From Eledone cirrhosa (lineage: Eukaryota): 64,000 nucleotides of DNA. Location of the stretch: assembly GCA_964016885.1 (NCBI GenBank), contig OZ024743.1, positions 259,222,001-259,286,000 on the forward strand. Direction: 5' to 3'. A model generated the notes under the pieces. It saw only the letters and a program-made list of their open reading frames with translations. It did no database searches and was not told the DNA's origin. Every line of letters begins with the position of its first letter. The stretch's first letter is position 1. Shown one piece after another: positions 10,607 to 26,965 of this stretch. A program made the position numbers and the translations under genes.

Positions 10607-11792
10607 GGCGCCCTAGTTGGAGGAATCATAGACGCTAGTGATCCTGTTCTGAAGTTCAATCATGGTCGTTAGTAGTGTTCCCGGTAAACCTTTTCAGTTT
10701 TTTTCTCTATGGGATGTAAAATAAAAACTGAAAAAGATTAGATGTACCTCTTGACAAGGATTGAACCCAAGACCAGGATCTCCACAGTCGCTCGGCCACT
10801 GAGACAGCTACGAAAATCTATTCAAAATTCATACTTATAAACCTACTTTCAAAATTTTCAATACAAAATAATATAGTGTCGTTCATAATGTTATTGATCC
10901 TACTTAAGGTCGACTTCTAAACCATTTGGGTGTTCCATAAACTACATCCTCGTTTTGTTTCTCATCTATCTAGACTATATATTAACCTGTAATCTATGTT
11001 TCGTTTCTGCCGCACCCCATTTCTCCCTCCCACCCACCTCTAACTCTCATTCTCTCTCTCTCTCTCTTTCTATCTTTCTCTCTGTGATATTTGAATCTAC
11101 TATGATTTGTGCCTACCTTACTCGTATATATATGTTTTTGCATGTCAGTTAGATTCAAACTTACAATGATTGGCATTATATATATATTATTTGTTTGTTA
11201 AAATAATGAAATTAATTCAACAGTTAAACACACATAGGAATAATAAGGTTGTTACCAAAGAACCAGAAGATTGACAAGTCGAACCTAAATATGACTATTA
11301 GCTCTAGGAAAACCATGAACGAAACCACATCTTTTTAACTTTGATTATGAAATATGTTTATAATTATTAATAACCATTATACTTTTGTAGCTGTCTTGGC
11401 GGCCTAGTTGGAGGAATCATAAACGGTGGTGATCCTGGTCTGAAGTTCGATCCATGTCGCGAGTAGGGTTTCCGGTAAACCTTTTCAGTTTTTTTCTATG
11501 GGATGTAAAAAATAAAAAGATTAGATGTACCTCTTGACCAGGATTGAACCCAAGACCAGGATTGTTACAGTCTCTGGAACCTAACGCTTGGCCACTGAGT
11601 AAGATATGAAAATTTAATGAAAATTTAATGAAAATTCATATTTATAAACCTACTTTCAATATTTTCAATAGAAAATGATGTGGTGCCGTTCACGTCTTTC
11701 TTAATGTTATTGCTCCTATTTAAGGTCAACTTCTAAATCATTTGGGGTGTTCCATATACTACATCCTCGCATTGTTTCTCATCTATCTAGAC
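10604..11792. repeat. Diverged direct repeat (10604-10975 vs 11398-11792; 10294-10448 vs 10976-11171) containing a minus-strand tRNA-like head
   Basis: Visual alignment. Minus strand at 11530-11603 reads CTCAGTGGCCAAGCG ... GGTTCAATCC (A- and B-box-like). Confidence 0.75.
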
Positions 11793-14524
<2,732 letters not shown>

Positions 14525-14703
14525 TATTAAATTATATGCTATATATCTATATAAAACAAACATATGGCAGCCTCGCTATCAAAGAAAAATATCTTTTCGT
14601 TATGAAAAAATGCTTTTCTCTCTTGCTCTGTGAACAGGTAATATATATTTCAGTAGTCGTTGAGAATACCAGACAGCTGTCTATTTTAATCTTAGTACTA
14701 TTT

Positions 14704-14757
14704 GAATGCATATCACTGATGAGAGATTAACGTATCTTGAAACAGCTGTCAGCATTC
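14704..14757 (+). ncRNA. Type I hammerhead-like motif with interrupted stem I
   Basis: GAATGC-atatca-CTGATGA-GAGAT-TAACGT-ATCTT-GAAA-CAGCTG-TC-a-GCATTC: intact core, 5-bp stem II, palindromic stem III, GUC triplet. Confidence 0.65.
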
Positions 14758-15366
14758 TCAACGGTACTGAGATATCCGTGACAAGTTCACCTCAGCAGGA
14801 ACGTCCCTTAAATCAGCCTACAATGAACTCGGTCACAGAAACATTTCCTACAGTCAGAAGAGGACTTCGTGTGCGGTGTTGGAGAGATGGGAAGCAGGAG
14901 ATATTTTGGAGGAGGGAGGCAGATAAAAGCGATGTCGCCTCTGAAACTCGAGGTCTGGGGAACAAAACCTTCTTGGCTATTGGGATTCCAAGCGTCAGAT
15001 CCTGAGGCCCGAGCACGTCGGTGATCTTGAGACAGTCTCCCAAAAGAAACGGTCAGTCAATATCAGTATTTAGTTAAATCATGAATTGTAGTGAAAGTCT
15101 TAGTTTGTACTTATGTTTGTCGTTAAAATGTATCTTTGTTCAATTTTTAACAACAGTCTGATCATTTTTGTTGCTAAATATTTAATTATAATCTATAAAG
15201 AATACAAAATGAATTGTAAAATGATTTTAGACATGAAAAATGTTATTAATGAAATTATAATTGTTCACAAATAATTTTAAATTGAATCTAAAAATATATA
15301 ATGAAAGAAAGAAAATTGGGATGAAGAGAGAAGTATGAAATGCCAAGTGACGTTGATGTGTGTGTG

Positions 15367-15465
<99 letters not shown>

Positions 15466-15484
15466 TTGTGTGCATGTGTGTGTT

Positions 15485-15745
15485 AGACCTTCGTCGATTG
15501 CGACGAGTGTTGTAGTTGTTGGAACAATAGAACAGTCTGTTCGTAAAATTAAGCTGCAAATTGCTGAGCATTCCACTAGCACGTGTATCTTTAACGTACT
15601 CCTCAGGGATATTCAGTTAGACAAGTGTTTTAGGCAAGGCTGGACTTTCGGATTACAGCTGAATGTACACGAACAATGTAAAATAAAGTATCTTACTCAA
15701 GGATGCAACGTGTCTCCCGGAATCGAACTCGCGACTTCACAAACG
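15485..15745 (-). mobile_element. tRNA-derived SINE, family B (decayed), tail next to (GT)n
   Basis: B-box-like GAGTTCGATTCC and a body similar to 745-1048. Confidence 0.65.
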
Positions 15746-16357
15746 ACGTTAGTTGCAATATAGAGAAATGTTAAATGAAGAGATAATGATTTATTGTAAA
15801 AATGCAAGTGTCTTTTGGGGTTATGAAAATGGAATAGGAAGGGAAAGGCAAAATTTCGAGGGCCACAGAAGAATGGACAGGGGAAGCGGGTGGGTGATGG
15901 GCTCTAAGCCTATGGCGCGGCGGTGTTTGGGCCGCACCCCGCGGACAAAACCTCCAAAGCATCCCGTGGACAGTGGCCAGCGACGCCCGCTGCAACAGCC
16001 ACCACGCCTAGGGGGGCGCCTTCCTCAGACGGGCTGCTGACGTTCCGATCTTGTGGAGGAGCTCGGCAGTGCGGGGTCCAAGTACGCCTCGACGGCGACC
16101 AGTGCAAAGAGAAAACGACCGGACAATCCCCGGTATTTGTTTGTCTCACTGTCTGTGCTTGTTTATGTCCCGGAAGGTGATGATTGCTGTTCAGCTACAG
16201 GCAAGCTTTAATTAAGCAGATTTCTAATTAAAGGCCTTCCAACCTATAATACTCATTCTATTTTTCTTTCCATATATATTATAGCGTGTGATATAAGAGA
16301 GAATTATCTGCTATTTCTAGCTTCTGAGGAATTGCAAAATGTTCTACTTGTCCCTAA

Positions 16358-16715
16358 TGATGATAATGATGATTATAATGATGATGATGATAAATATAAT
16401 GATATAATGATTATGATGCTGATGTTTTTAATAGATGTAATTATGTTAGATGAAATGATGATAGATATAAAGAAGATGATATATGTACTGATCATGAGGA
16501 TAGATGTACTGCTGACGAGGATGATGATGATGATGCTAAATGTACTGCTGATGAGGATGATGGTGATGATAAATGCAATGATGATGACAGAAATAAAGAT
16601 GATGTTGATGATAAATGAAGATGATGATGATGATAATGATGATGTTAAATGCAATGATACTAGATATAATTATGTTAAATATAATGACGATGATAGAGCT
16701 AATGCGGCTGATGAT
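16358..16715. repeat. Degenerate (GAT)n low-complexity tract
   Basis: Direct reading. Confidence 0.9.
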
Positions 16716-16855
16716 ATATATTATTTTAGAAGAGATCTCTGGAAATTTCCTTACCTACATGTTGAACTTTTAGAACAGGTATCTGGAAAATAAAATAAAA
16801 TGTCACATATAGAATTGTAACTACACGAAGGAGAACAACAGTTGAAATGATGATG

Positions 16856-16856
<1 letters not shown>

Positions 16857-16917
<61 letters not shown>
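16857..16917. repeat. (AAT)n microsatellite forming the tail/target of the Tx1 LINE
   Basis: Direct reading, immediately after AATAAA of the minus-strand LINE. Confidence 0.9.
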
Positions 16918-16918
<1 letters not shown>

Positions 16919-17205
16919 TTTCTTTATTGGCCACAAGCGCTGACATCAAGAAAAACATTACAGACGGCACAGGACGGTACGATGTGGGTTTTGTGCGTGT
17001 AAATATTTTTATTATTTATATAAGAAAAGAAAAAAGGACATGAAACATATATATATATAAATAATAAAATGAAAATTGAAACAATGAAAAATTCCCCAAT
17101 AGGGGGAAACCTCCGAGGGTTACTCGTGGCGAAAACCACACAAAAGGCCACGGCAACCCTGACTACCAGGGCAAGCGCCCTCTCTCAAATTTTCCATCTC
17201 TCAAA

Positions 17206-20200
17206 CTACAGACGTATATTCAGAGTGGTCCCGTTCACTCGGACCATTCTCGCTACATTCACCCACCTTTCAACAAACTTGCTAGAAAGCAGCACTTGCC
17301 TCTCCACCCTGATTTTCCTCTTCAAGGGAAACTTGAAAAAGTTAATTAGGGATTCGCTGAAGAGGAAAGTGTTTGTCTTTAACCCTTTTAACCTTGTCCA
17401 CCACACAATCTCTTTCGCCATGGCCACCAGGCAGATGAAAACCGCCTGCCCTTCCTCCTCGAAGGAAGACGGCGAGACCATCTGCACAATGGACTCAGTC
17501 GACAACCGGATCAGTCCCACACGTGACAGCAACTGTTCGACATAGCTCCACAAGTCAGTAATGCTCGGGCACTGAACGAGTGCGTGCACAACGGTTTCGT
17601 CGCTATGCGCGCATCTCGGACAGGCTCGGCTGACGGCACTTCCGTGCAAGTAGAGCTTATCTCGAACCGGAAGCGCTCCCCGGTAGCACTGCCAGGCCAG
17701 GGATTTTTGGAAGTTATCCATAGGCCCCGAGCTGAAAGTTCTCCGGAAGACAGCAAACAGCTGATCTTCTTCGACGCCCAGGATCTCTCCGAGAATGTCG
17801 CCGCTCTTCCCCTCCACCATTCCTCTATAGAACGCCGAGGTGGATGTTCCACCGATACTGGTGCCCAACTGGGAGAGGGCAGTGAGTGCCTGGAGACATT
17901 CCAGTTTCCAAGCGCTATCCCTCGGTCTTTTTCTGACCCAGGACTGGAGCTCCGTCAAGGAGACGAGCTGTGGGAAAACGTGCCTGGCGAACGGCGACCA
18001 CACCCGTTCACCATCAAGGAAGCACCAGAGATGTCGCAGCCTCAGCGCATGTTTGCGCATCATCAGCCATGGTATGCCCGGTCCTCCACGCAACGGGTGT
18101 TGACAGCAGATGGATCGTCTGACCATGGGAGCGCGTCCCTTCCACAAAAAGCGGAAGAGGAGGCGCTCCATTTTGGTGAGAGTTGGGCTGGAGCAAGGAA
18201 AGACGGTGAGGCGGTAGCAGATGACGGATGCGATGTACGCATTCGCCACTTCCGCCCGGCCTTTCAGGAACAGCTTCCTCTCGGCCCATTTCTGGGTGCG
18301 GGAGGCCACCTTCCTCGTCACCTCGTTCCAGTTTTTCTCCATCTGGAGGTCCGGTCCAAACCAGAGCCCGAGCAATTTAACCGGTCCGTCCGTCCAACGC
18401 CCCACTACGCTGTCGGACGGCATGAACTTTCCTCTCCAGGTGCCTAGCTGCAAGCTCACCGACTTTTCCTGGTTTATCTTTGCTGCTGTCAATGCTTCGT
18501 ATTCCTTGAGAGCGGTGCCGAGCATCTGGACGTGTCAGGTGCTCGACACCACCACGGTGACGTCGTCGGCATAAGCCGATTCGGATTTCCCGCATCCTAG
18601 TTCGCGTGAGACGCCCCTCATCGCCTCCAGTTTGTGCATAACGGCTCGAGAGCCAATACGTACAAAAGGGACGAGAGGGGACAACCCTAGCGGACTGAGT
18701 GCATGATGCTAAACGGCTGCGACAGGTGACCGTTCACCCTCACAACTGAGCAGATGTCGCTGTACATCGCAGCAATCCAACCCCTGAAAACGGGCCCGAA
18801 ACCGTCTGCCTCGAGGACCGCCGCCAGGTACCGATGGTCGACCCTATCGAATGCTTTGGATTGATCCAAGTTGATCAGGGCCCCACCTGTGCCAGGTTCC
18901 TTATCCACCATCTCTATGATGTACCGCATGAGGTGGAGGTTGGCGTGTATGGATCTGTCCGGAATGGCGCTTGTCTGCGCCTCTCCCCCAGGCCCTTGAC
19001 GACAAGCGCCAACCTCGTTCCTAACACCTTGGCCAAAATCTTGAACTCTGCGTTTAACAGGGTTATAGGCCTCAAATTGTCGATAAGATCCCCCTTGTTC
19101 GGGTCTTTTCTCAGCAGCGCCATCGCTCCCCGGCTCACAAAACTGGGAATGCTCCTATTCAGCTGCCAGTTGCAGTAGAAGTCTGCCAAGAGGTCACCGA
19201 ACAAGTCTGGCATAAATGCATAAAGCTCGTAGGGCAGACAATCCAAACCTGGCGATTTACCCCTCGTGCAGTTAGCCATCACTTCCCGTATTTCATCGGC
19301 TGTTATTGGCTTTTCGCAACACTGTGCTGCGGTTGTCGAGAGCCGAGGCAGTCCGTCGAGGTATGCACTGAAGTCCATGCCCCGATCCGGACCGCCGCCG
19401 CTCCCGAACAGTTCAGCAAAGTGTTGCTGAAATGCTTAACACATCTGCTCGGGTTCGAGCAACACGCACCCGTTTTGGTCAGACAAAGACTGAATTGTGG
19501 CTTTGTTTACACGTCGCGCCTCTGCCACCCGGGCCCATTGGACGGCTTTTGTCCCCTCGTGTTTCAGAGCACGCGCTCTAGCTCTGACAACACAGCATTC
19601 GTGTTTTGCGTTGAAGAATTGGTCGAGTGCCAATCTCGCCGCAAACACATCGGTTGCGAAGCCTGTCCTAAACGCCTCTTCTAGCTTTCTGACTAGCTCT
19701 CCCTCTACTCTATTTTCCTCTATCACTAGTCCTTTGCTAAACCTAATCGGCTCTACTTTAATTGCCCTTTTCAGGGCGAACCACCACCTGTTGTTGACGA
19801 TCGCTCCCGTCAACCCCCGCTTAACTAATACACTAATCAGGTCTCTGTAGGCTTTGCGCGCCGGGAAAGACGCGTTGAGCTTCCAGTAACCGGGCCCTTG
19901 TCTATGAAGTCTGTCTATGTCGATCTCACAGATCACAAATTTGTGGTCTGTGTAGTCGACTATTTTAAATTGTGGACAACTTATACTAGCCTTATCTAGT
20001 TCTCTGCAGAATACCCTATCGAGATACGATCTGGATGACCCGATGCGGTTTGTCCATGTCCACATTGGCACATTCGGGTGATCCAGTCGATACCTGTCAG
20101 ACAGTTCAAAACGTCTGAGCAGGTTGGTGAGGCTCTTCACCCTCCTCTCCTATCCACTAGCCCCACACAATCCCAGCGTGCATCCAAGATACCGTTCCAG

Positions 20201-20622
20201 TCGCCCACTAACACTAAAGAGCGGGACGTTCCAAGAAAGGTCTCTAGACGCCTGAAGAAATCTGGCCGTCCTGCCTCTGTTGGGGCGTAGACGGCTACTA
20301 TTCTGTAAGCATTGCCTTCGCTGCCGGTCACGTCCAGCACCACCGACTTACCTTCTGGGTCTAGGAAGATGGCCCGTATGGCGAGATCCAAGCCTCTCCG
20401 AAAAAGGACGGCAACCCCTCCCCTCGATCCTAGACGGCTGGGAGATGCGTATACATCGTAGCCGCCGAAGATCGGTGCGAAGGCTTGTGCTTCGGAGATT
20501 CTGGTCTCACTGATGGCCACCACATCTATGTTTAGTGACCTGAGGTCGTTGAGCAGGTGACCCTGCTTCCAAGATGACCCCAGGCCACGTGCATTTATAC
20601 TGCCTTTTCTGAGTACGGCCAT
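17206..20622 (-). pseudogene. LINE ORF2 (AP endonuclease + reverse transcriptase + C-terminal zinc finger), frameshifted
   Basis: SINARGL, ISET, VYAP, GDWN, SYLDR, TDH, PGYWKLN, KSPGLD, RPITLLN, LDQSKAFDRV, AYADD (~18575) and CPRC..DETVVHALVQC, split over at least 5 ORF pieces. Confidence 0.93.
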
Positions 20623-20654
20623 GTTGGATGAGAAATGGGGCAAGTGAGAAAGGG

Positions 20655-22700
20655 TCACTTACCTTGATCGTGTGGTGAAGGGACAGTAGAACCGTCCCTT
20701 TGGCTGGTCATGGGTGTTTCCAAGAGGATGTCAGTGTATATCCTCTTGGTAACTGACCCTCTGAAATCTCCAACTGTGTTGGGGAATTTTTGTTTTAAAG
20801 GTTTGTACTGTTCTATTGAGATTTCAATGATGCTTATGTTTGTCGGGAGAATTCTTGGTGTTGGTGGGGTGTAGTAGTTTTTTTCTGTGATGACTGTGTG
20901 CTGCTTTATGTGTTGTATGAGTTCTTTTTTTGCCATGTTTATGGCTGTGTACTTTTTTGGGGGAGGGCTGATTTTATTGCTGTTTTCTTCTTGTTGTTGT
21001 TTTCTTCTTGTTGTTGTTTTCTTCTTGTTGCTGTTTGGTGTGTGTGTTTTCTTTTGTTTGCGTTGTTTGTGTTTTTGGTGGTGCTGCTGGTGGTATGGTT
21101 GTTGTTGGCGGTGGTGCTTGTGGTGGTGATGGTGATGGTAGTGGTTTTGCTGCAAATTTCCTTGCTGCCTTTACCCCTCTTTGTGTGCCTTCGCTTTTGG
21201 AGGGTGAATCTAAGGGTTTTTTTCTTTTTTCTTTTTGTGGCAGACCATTTGCCACTTCACTCCCGCCTCAAACTCCATTTCGGATTCCGTGGTCTGGGAG
21301 GGGTTTGTGCTCTACGGCTGTTGGTGGTTGTAGAGGAGCCCTCTTCGGCAATTTTGTTGCTGGTGTAGCTACTTCAAATGTAGCTATTGGTGTTGCCGCC
21401 ACTGATGATGCTGCTTTAGTTGTCCGTGGCCTTGGTACGGGTGCCACGGACGTTGCCCTCCTACTCACCGTAGAAGGGGCTTCTGCGTTTGTTGCCTGCT
21501 CTGCTCTGGGTAGCAGCGGACCAGGTATTGGAAGGAGAGGGGCCTTCTTCTTCGCTGTCTTCTGCGGACAAAAGGCCCTGAGGTGACCCTTCGACCCACA
21601 GAGATAACATTTTGGCCGTTTTCCTTTTACGCTTATAGGGAGCTGGAGTCCTTCCTCGATGTCTATGATATCGGGGATAGCGTCGATACATTCCTGGTCA
21701 GTTTGTATAAGCATTTGCATGCCTATACCTGACCAGTTATCTCTCCCTATTTTCTATACTTGCAGCATGGTCGTCCTGTCCTCGATTCCAGCAAGGACAG
21801 ACGCTGCCAGCCAAGGTATGGGCACGTCGGGTGGGACCTGGGTCACTTTGACCCTCACAATTTTCTGCCCGCAGTAGGAGGGCACCAAGACTATCTCCTC
21901 ACTCTTTAGGGTTTCCAAAGAGTGAAACTTCGCTTCCTGGGGGGTGGCGAAAAGTACGTCTACTGTGGCGTACTTTCTGCCTCGGGTGAAGTGGGTTTTG
22001 CGTGCCTTTTGGATATGAGCCTCCGTGGCTCTCTCCACCCGATGTGAGATTTTGCTTACGGTGCGGTAAGTCACCGTCCGTAGCTGCTGGTCCTTGAAAA
22101 AATCGGGTGGAGGTTTCAGGGAGACTCTATTGGCACTTCTTGTCACCATGGCCCTTGCGACTGCCATCTCCTCCTCTGTGACTAACACTGTCACGATATT
22201 TCGGGCGACACCTGCAAAAGAAGTGGTCCCTTTTTCAGCAGCACCACTATTGCTGCCGCTACTGGTCTTACTGGTGGTGCTGAGATCGCTATTACAGGTA
22301 TCGATGTCATTGTTGTTGTTTTCGTTGGTACAGTTGTTGGTGTTGTTGTTGTTGTTTTCGTTGATACTGTTGCTGTTGTTACTGTTATTGTGGCTGTTGT
22401 TCTTATTGTTGTTTTTGTTGATACTGTTACTACTATTATTGTTGTTGTGGCTGTTGTTATTGTTATTGTTATTGTCTTTCTTGACCTTAGTGCTGTTATT
22501 TTTGTTATTGTCGTTCTCGACTTTACCGTTGTTATTTTTGTTGTTGCTGTTGTTATTGATGGTGTTGTTGTTGGTGTTATTGTAGGTGTTGTTTGTGTTA
22601 GAAATATTTGGTAATTTTAAATCTGTAACAATCTTGTTTTCCTTTGTAATATTTTCGTTTATATTTACCTCCGCTGGAACGCTGTCTTGTTGACATGCTG
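20655..22700 (-). pseudogene. LINE ORF1 (gag-like, CCHC knuckle, N/T-rich and Q/H/K-rich low-complexity segments), frameshifted
   Basis: CYLCGSKGHLRAFC in 21268-21720 and an RRM-like VRVKVTQVPPDVP segment. The start position is approximate. Confidence 0.8.
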
Positions 22701-22984
22701 ATAAAGTCTCCTTCTCTCTGTGTTGTCTGACAGCGCTCTCTCTGTTTCTTGTGTTATCGATGTTGAAATTTTTTCAAAAAAATATTTTTACACAAATACG
22801 AATACGACACCCCGTAAAGGGGAGCCGTATATTTACGAGTAAGCCCCTGTATTAGGAGGGTCACTTCTTCTAAACTTTTATCAAATTTAAAACTTGAATA
22901 AAAGGTTTAGAATGGTTGAAAACGAGGTAAAACGTTGAAAAAAATTGGAGGCGATAAGAAGCGAGGCTTCACCAACAATAATAA

Positions 22985-23171
22985 TTGTTTCTATTTTGGG
23001 CACAAGGCCAGCAATTACTCAGTACATTACTGGTACTTTATTTTATCGACCCTGTAAGGATGAAGTGCAAAGTTAACCTCGGCGGGATTTGAACTCAGAT
23101 CGTAAAGGGACGTAACTCTATGCTTCAAAGCATGGTGTCCGACTCTCTACCGATACTGCTAATCCACCGCC
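22985..23171 (-). mobile_element. tRNA-derived SINE, family A (Nin/Deu-like central domain)
   Basis: tRNA-like head with GAGTTCAAATCC, core CTTT(G)C.TTCATCCTT..GGGTCGATAAAATAAAGTACCAGT and (ATT) tail. Confidence 0.85.
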
Positions 23172-23224
23172 CTTTATAACAATAATAATAATAATGATAA
23201 TAATGAGGATAATAATAATAATAT

Positions 23225-24900
23225 ATTTTATTCACTACATAGGGCTTACATTAAGAAGACATTAAAGACAGCACAGGACGGCACAGGCAGGTTCAGTGTG
23301 GGATATTTTTTGTGTAACATAGAATTTATAAGAGAGACAAATTCCCCAAAAGTGGGGGGACTCCGAAGGGTACTCGTGGAGAAATCCTATAAAAAGCCAC
23401 GGTCACCAAGACAGCTAGGGCAAGTGCTCCTCCCAAGTGCTCTAATCTACAGGCGTATATTCAAGGCCGGTCCATTCACTTTGACCATGCTCACCACCTT
23501 TCAACTAGTTGAAAGGCAGTACTTCCCTCTCCACACTGATTTTCCTTTTCAAGTGAAACCTGAAAAATTTAATCAGCCCTTCACTGAAAAGTGTTTTCCA
23601 CTTGACCTCTTTTACCATAGCCACCAGGCAGACAAAAACTGCCTGCCCTTCCTGGCTAATGGAAGGAAGAAGGGCAATCTACCTGGTGGACTCAGCTAAT
23701 GAGGGGATTCTCCCAACAAGTTACAGCTGGTGTTCGACATAAGCTCACAATTCAGCAATGTTCGGACTCTGGACGAATACGTGCAGCAAGTTTTCGTTCC
23801 CTTTGCACATCTCGGACAGCCCAGAATTTTCTGAAAGTTATACATCGGCCTGAACCAAAATCTTCCGGACATGAGTGGCTAGTTGATTTTCGTTGACGCC
23901 TTGATTCTCCCGAACAACATCGTCCTTTTTACCCGCCAGTAACTCCATAGAACGCGAAGGAGGTTTTATTGACCACACTGTCCGATTGGTTCACGGCCGT
24001 GAGCGCTTGGAGACATTCCAGTTTCCAAGCGCTCATTCTCGGTCTTTGCTTGACGGCAACTCTGTCAAGGAGACAAGCTTTAGAAATACGTTCCTAGCAC
24101 ACCTGTTCACCGTCGAGATAAAGCTGGAGATGTAGTAGCCTCAGTGCATATTCGTACATCATCTGTCAGTTTTCCAGGGAGCGAGTATTCGGATAAAATG
24201 GACCGCCTGATCATTGGCACACATCTCTTCCACAAAAAACGAAAGAGCCAATGCTCCAGTACAGTCAGATGTGGGTCAGCTGAGGCCAGCTGCCTTTATG
24301 ATTGTCACCGGGTACCGATGGTCGATCCTATCGAAAGCTTTTGATTCATCAGTGCTGCACAAGGGCCAGGTTCTTTTAGCCCCATAACCTTAACACTAAC
24401 CCTCTATGATGTATCGCAGAAGGCAGAGTTGTCGTGGATGGATCTGTCCGGAATGTTGCATGTTTGCACTCCTCCTACCCGACCACCGAGGACAAGCGGC
24501 AACCGTGTCGCTAAAACCTTGGCCAACATTTTAAACTCCGTGTTTAGCAGTTATGGGCCTATAATTTGTAATAGCAGTGCCCCACCATGGCCTCAGCCAT
24601 TAGCTGGAACATATAATATAGTAATAGAGTATATGGTCACCCCATGTTTGGGTCTTTTTCAGCAGCGTTACCACCATTCGGCTTGCAGAATTGGAAATTC
24701 TCCCGTTCTGCTGCCAGTTGGGGTAGACACCAGCGTTGTCGGTGGTTGTATTGTATAATTTTATTTATTGAGGAAGGAATCCCATGAGGTGAGGTGGCTG
24801 TTGCAGTGTCTGTGTCATTGGCCATTTTCCTCAGCAATACCTTTAGTATTTTATCAGCGAAGTGCAGCTGAAACATACTGTTCAGACTGGTGGGTAAAGT
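23225..24900 (-). mobile_element. Older, internally deleted copy of the Tx1-like LINE (3' UTR and ORF2 remnants)
   Basis: Colinear similarity to 16920-19200 (e.g. gtaccgatggtcgatcctatcgaaagc, aaaccttggccaacattttaaactc). The 3' end joins (AAT)n at 23177-23222. Confidence 0.85.
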
Positions 24901-25262
24901 CTGTCGCGCACCACTCTCCCTTTTGCCGTTGCTTCATTCCTTTTTCTTACTCTTTCTCTTCTCTTCTTTTCTTCTTTTGTTTCCTTATTGCCAAGTATAT
25001 TGCCGTTTGTTTATCACATTTCCTTTGTTCTTTGTAGCAGATTGAACAAGAATTAAGAAATAAATATTTTATCAGCTCTAAATATAATAATTTTAAAATG
25101 GAGGATTAATCAAAGAGTATTTCGCAAACAAACCTATTCAGTTGTTCGCACAGTAATAATTGTATGAAAATGCTCTCATATAGTCATTAATAAAGATTCA
25201 TCTATACAAATCTACTTACAGACTAGAAACATATATAAGAATAAACAAAGATACCCAGATTG

Positions 25263-25295
<33 letters not shown>

Positions 25296-25327
25296 CATAT
25301 ATGTAGGTGTGTATATGTAAGTATTAT

Positions 25328-25409
<82 letters not shown>

Positions 25410-25869
25410 AACCTTTGTGTATTTAGGTGTGAGAAAAGCATACCGATTAATAAGATAAAAATATATTAGACAGAGTGCAAAAATCAGACAGAATTTATAG
25501 GCAGAAGGTCGGAGCTATATTACAAAACTATTGCTCGAGCTGTTCTTCGAATTCTTTTGTTATAAGGATTAATCGTATTACGCTTCCTTTATCTCATAAA
25601 CTATCTTCTGTAAATCACAAAGCTCTATATTTAACAAACTTTATATTGTATTCTCTTAATTTTCTATTATTGTTCCGATTAGACCTGCCAGGTCTTAAAA
25701 CTCATATTCTTATGTCTTATAATTATAATCCAGTTCTTGGGTCGATTCGTCCACATTATCTCTTTCACATCCCTCTTTCTCCCTCACTCTCCCTCTCTCT
25801 CTTTCTCTGGTAGTTTCTCTTTTTCTCTCTCTCTCTCTTTCTCTGGTAGTTTCTCTTTTTCTCTCTCTC

Positions 25870-26046
25870 TCTCTTTCTCTCTCTCGTGGGTTCTTTCTCT
25901 ATATTTCTTTCTCCCTCTACGCTCTGGAAGAAACCAGCTATATTCACACCTGGATAGGTAAAAGGCTGCGCTTGGTCAGAATGCCCGAGACATGCCGTAT
26001 GGCACTACGGTGTCCCTACGACTCCGCCAGGAGTTACGGGTCCATA
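25870..26046 (+). repeat. Dispersed repeat, alternative 3' tail of family A SINEs
   Basis: ccgtatg.cactacggt.ccc.tacgactcc.ccaggagtta is shared with 35560-35715 and 53205-53350. Confidence 0.7.
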
Positions 26047-26079
26047 CATGCATGCAATTATAATTCAATGCGGTGCAAA

Positions 26080-26965
26080 GACAGCGTCACTAGAACGTCG
26101 ACTAGGATGCTGTGCGGTATTCGTCTCGACTCTCTGCGCTCTGAGTTCAATTTCTACCAACGTTAACTTTGCCTTTCATCCTTTCGAGGACCAGTACTGG
26201 GTCGATCCTTTCCCCCTCTCTCTCTCGCTTGCTGTGTTCAGACCTGCAGAAGGATCAACTCCACCAGATTTAAATGCCTATGTCACTCTGTGTATCCCGA
26301 TGGTGTCTCTATGACTTCATTAAGTATTCAAGGCCCATGTACATGGAAATTATAATCTAGCCTCGCTGACTAACGTGTTTTATTCTTCTACCAATTCAAT
26401 ATTTTTCTATATATAGCTTAAAATTTCTATTCTTTCCTCACGTAGTCCGTCCTTGCATATTTACTATTCCTAAGTTTTGTCTATGTAATATTTCTATTCA
26501 TTATATATGTCCTCACATATTTATTATTTCTCAGCTCCATCTATATAATGTTCTTATTCAATATATAAGCAACAAGGATCATGGTTTGGTAGAATCGTTA
26601 CAACGCCGACCAAAATAATTTACGGTATTTAGTTACTGCTATTTATTTTCTCAGTTCAAACTCCAGCGCGGTCAACATTGTGTTGCATCCTTCTGGGGCC
26701 GATGAAATATACATCACTAGAGTTGATATAATCAACAATCCTCTCTTCTGTCCTCAAATCTGCTTATTTTATGCCTAAATTAGGAACCATTATATAAAAG
26801 TGACAATTATGCAGAGTCGTTAGAACGTTGGAGAGAATATATTACTGTATTCATTTTGGCTCTTTAGGCTCTTTACTCCTTGTGTTCAAGTACCATCAAG
26901 TTCAAATTTGCCTTTCATCTTTTCGAGGTCGATAAATTAAGGCCCAAATGAGTACTGGGATCAAT
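26080..26965 (+). mobile_element. Cluster of three decayed family A SINEs (~26080-26205, ~26580-26730, ~26810-26965)
   Basis: Each shows GTTCAA and a degenerate tttgcctttcatc..ggtcgat core. Confidence 0.65.

Larger units (their letters stand above)
16918..22972 (-). mobile_element. Near full-length Tx1/L1-clade non-LTR retrotransposon (~6 kb)
   Basis: 5' UTR, ORF1 with CCHC knuckle, ORF2 with APE-RT-zinc finger, 3' UTR with AATAAA and (ATT)n tail. AAT repeats lie at both flanks. Confidence 0.92.

Noticed and set aside
11530-11603. tRNA gene
   Set aside because: It has A/B boxes but no proper cloverleaf. It is a SINE-like head, as are the other tRNA-like segments.
15855-16130. GC-rich patch resembling an RTE C-terminus
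   Set aside because: Only vague GR-P motifs were found, not enough to assign.
17584-18447. 287-aa plus-strand ORF, and 31300-31950 on minus
   Set aside because: Antisense shadows of GC-rich retroelement ORFs.
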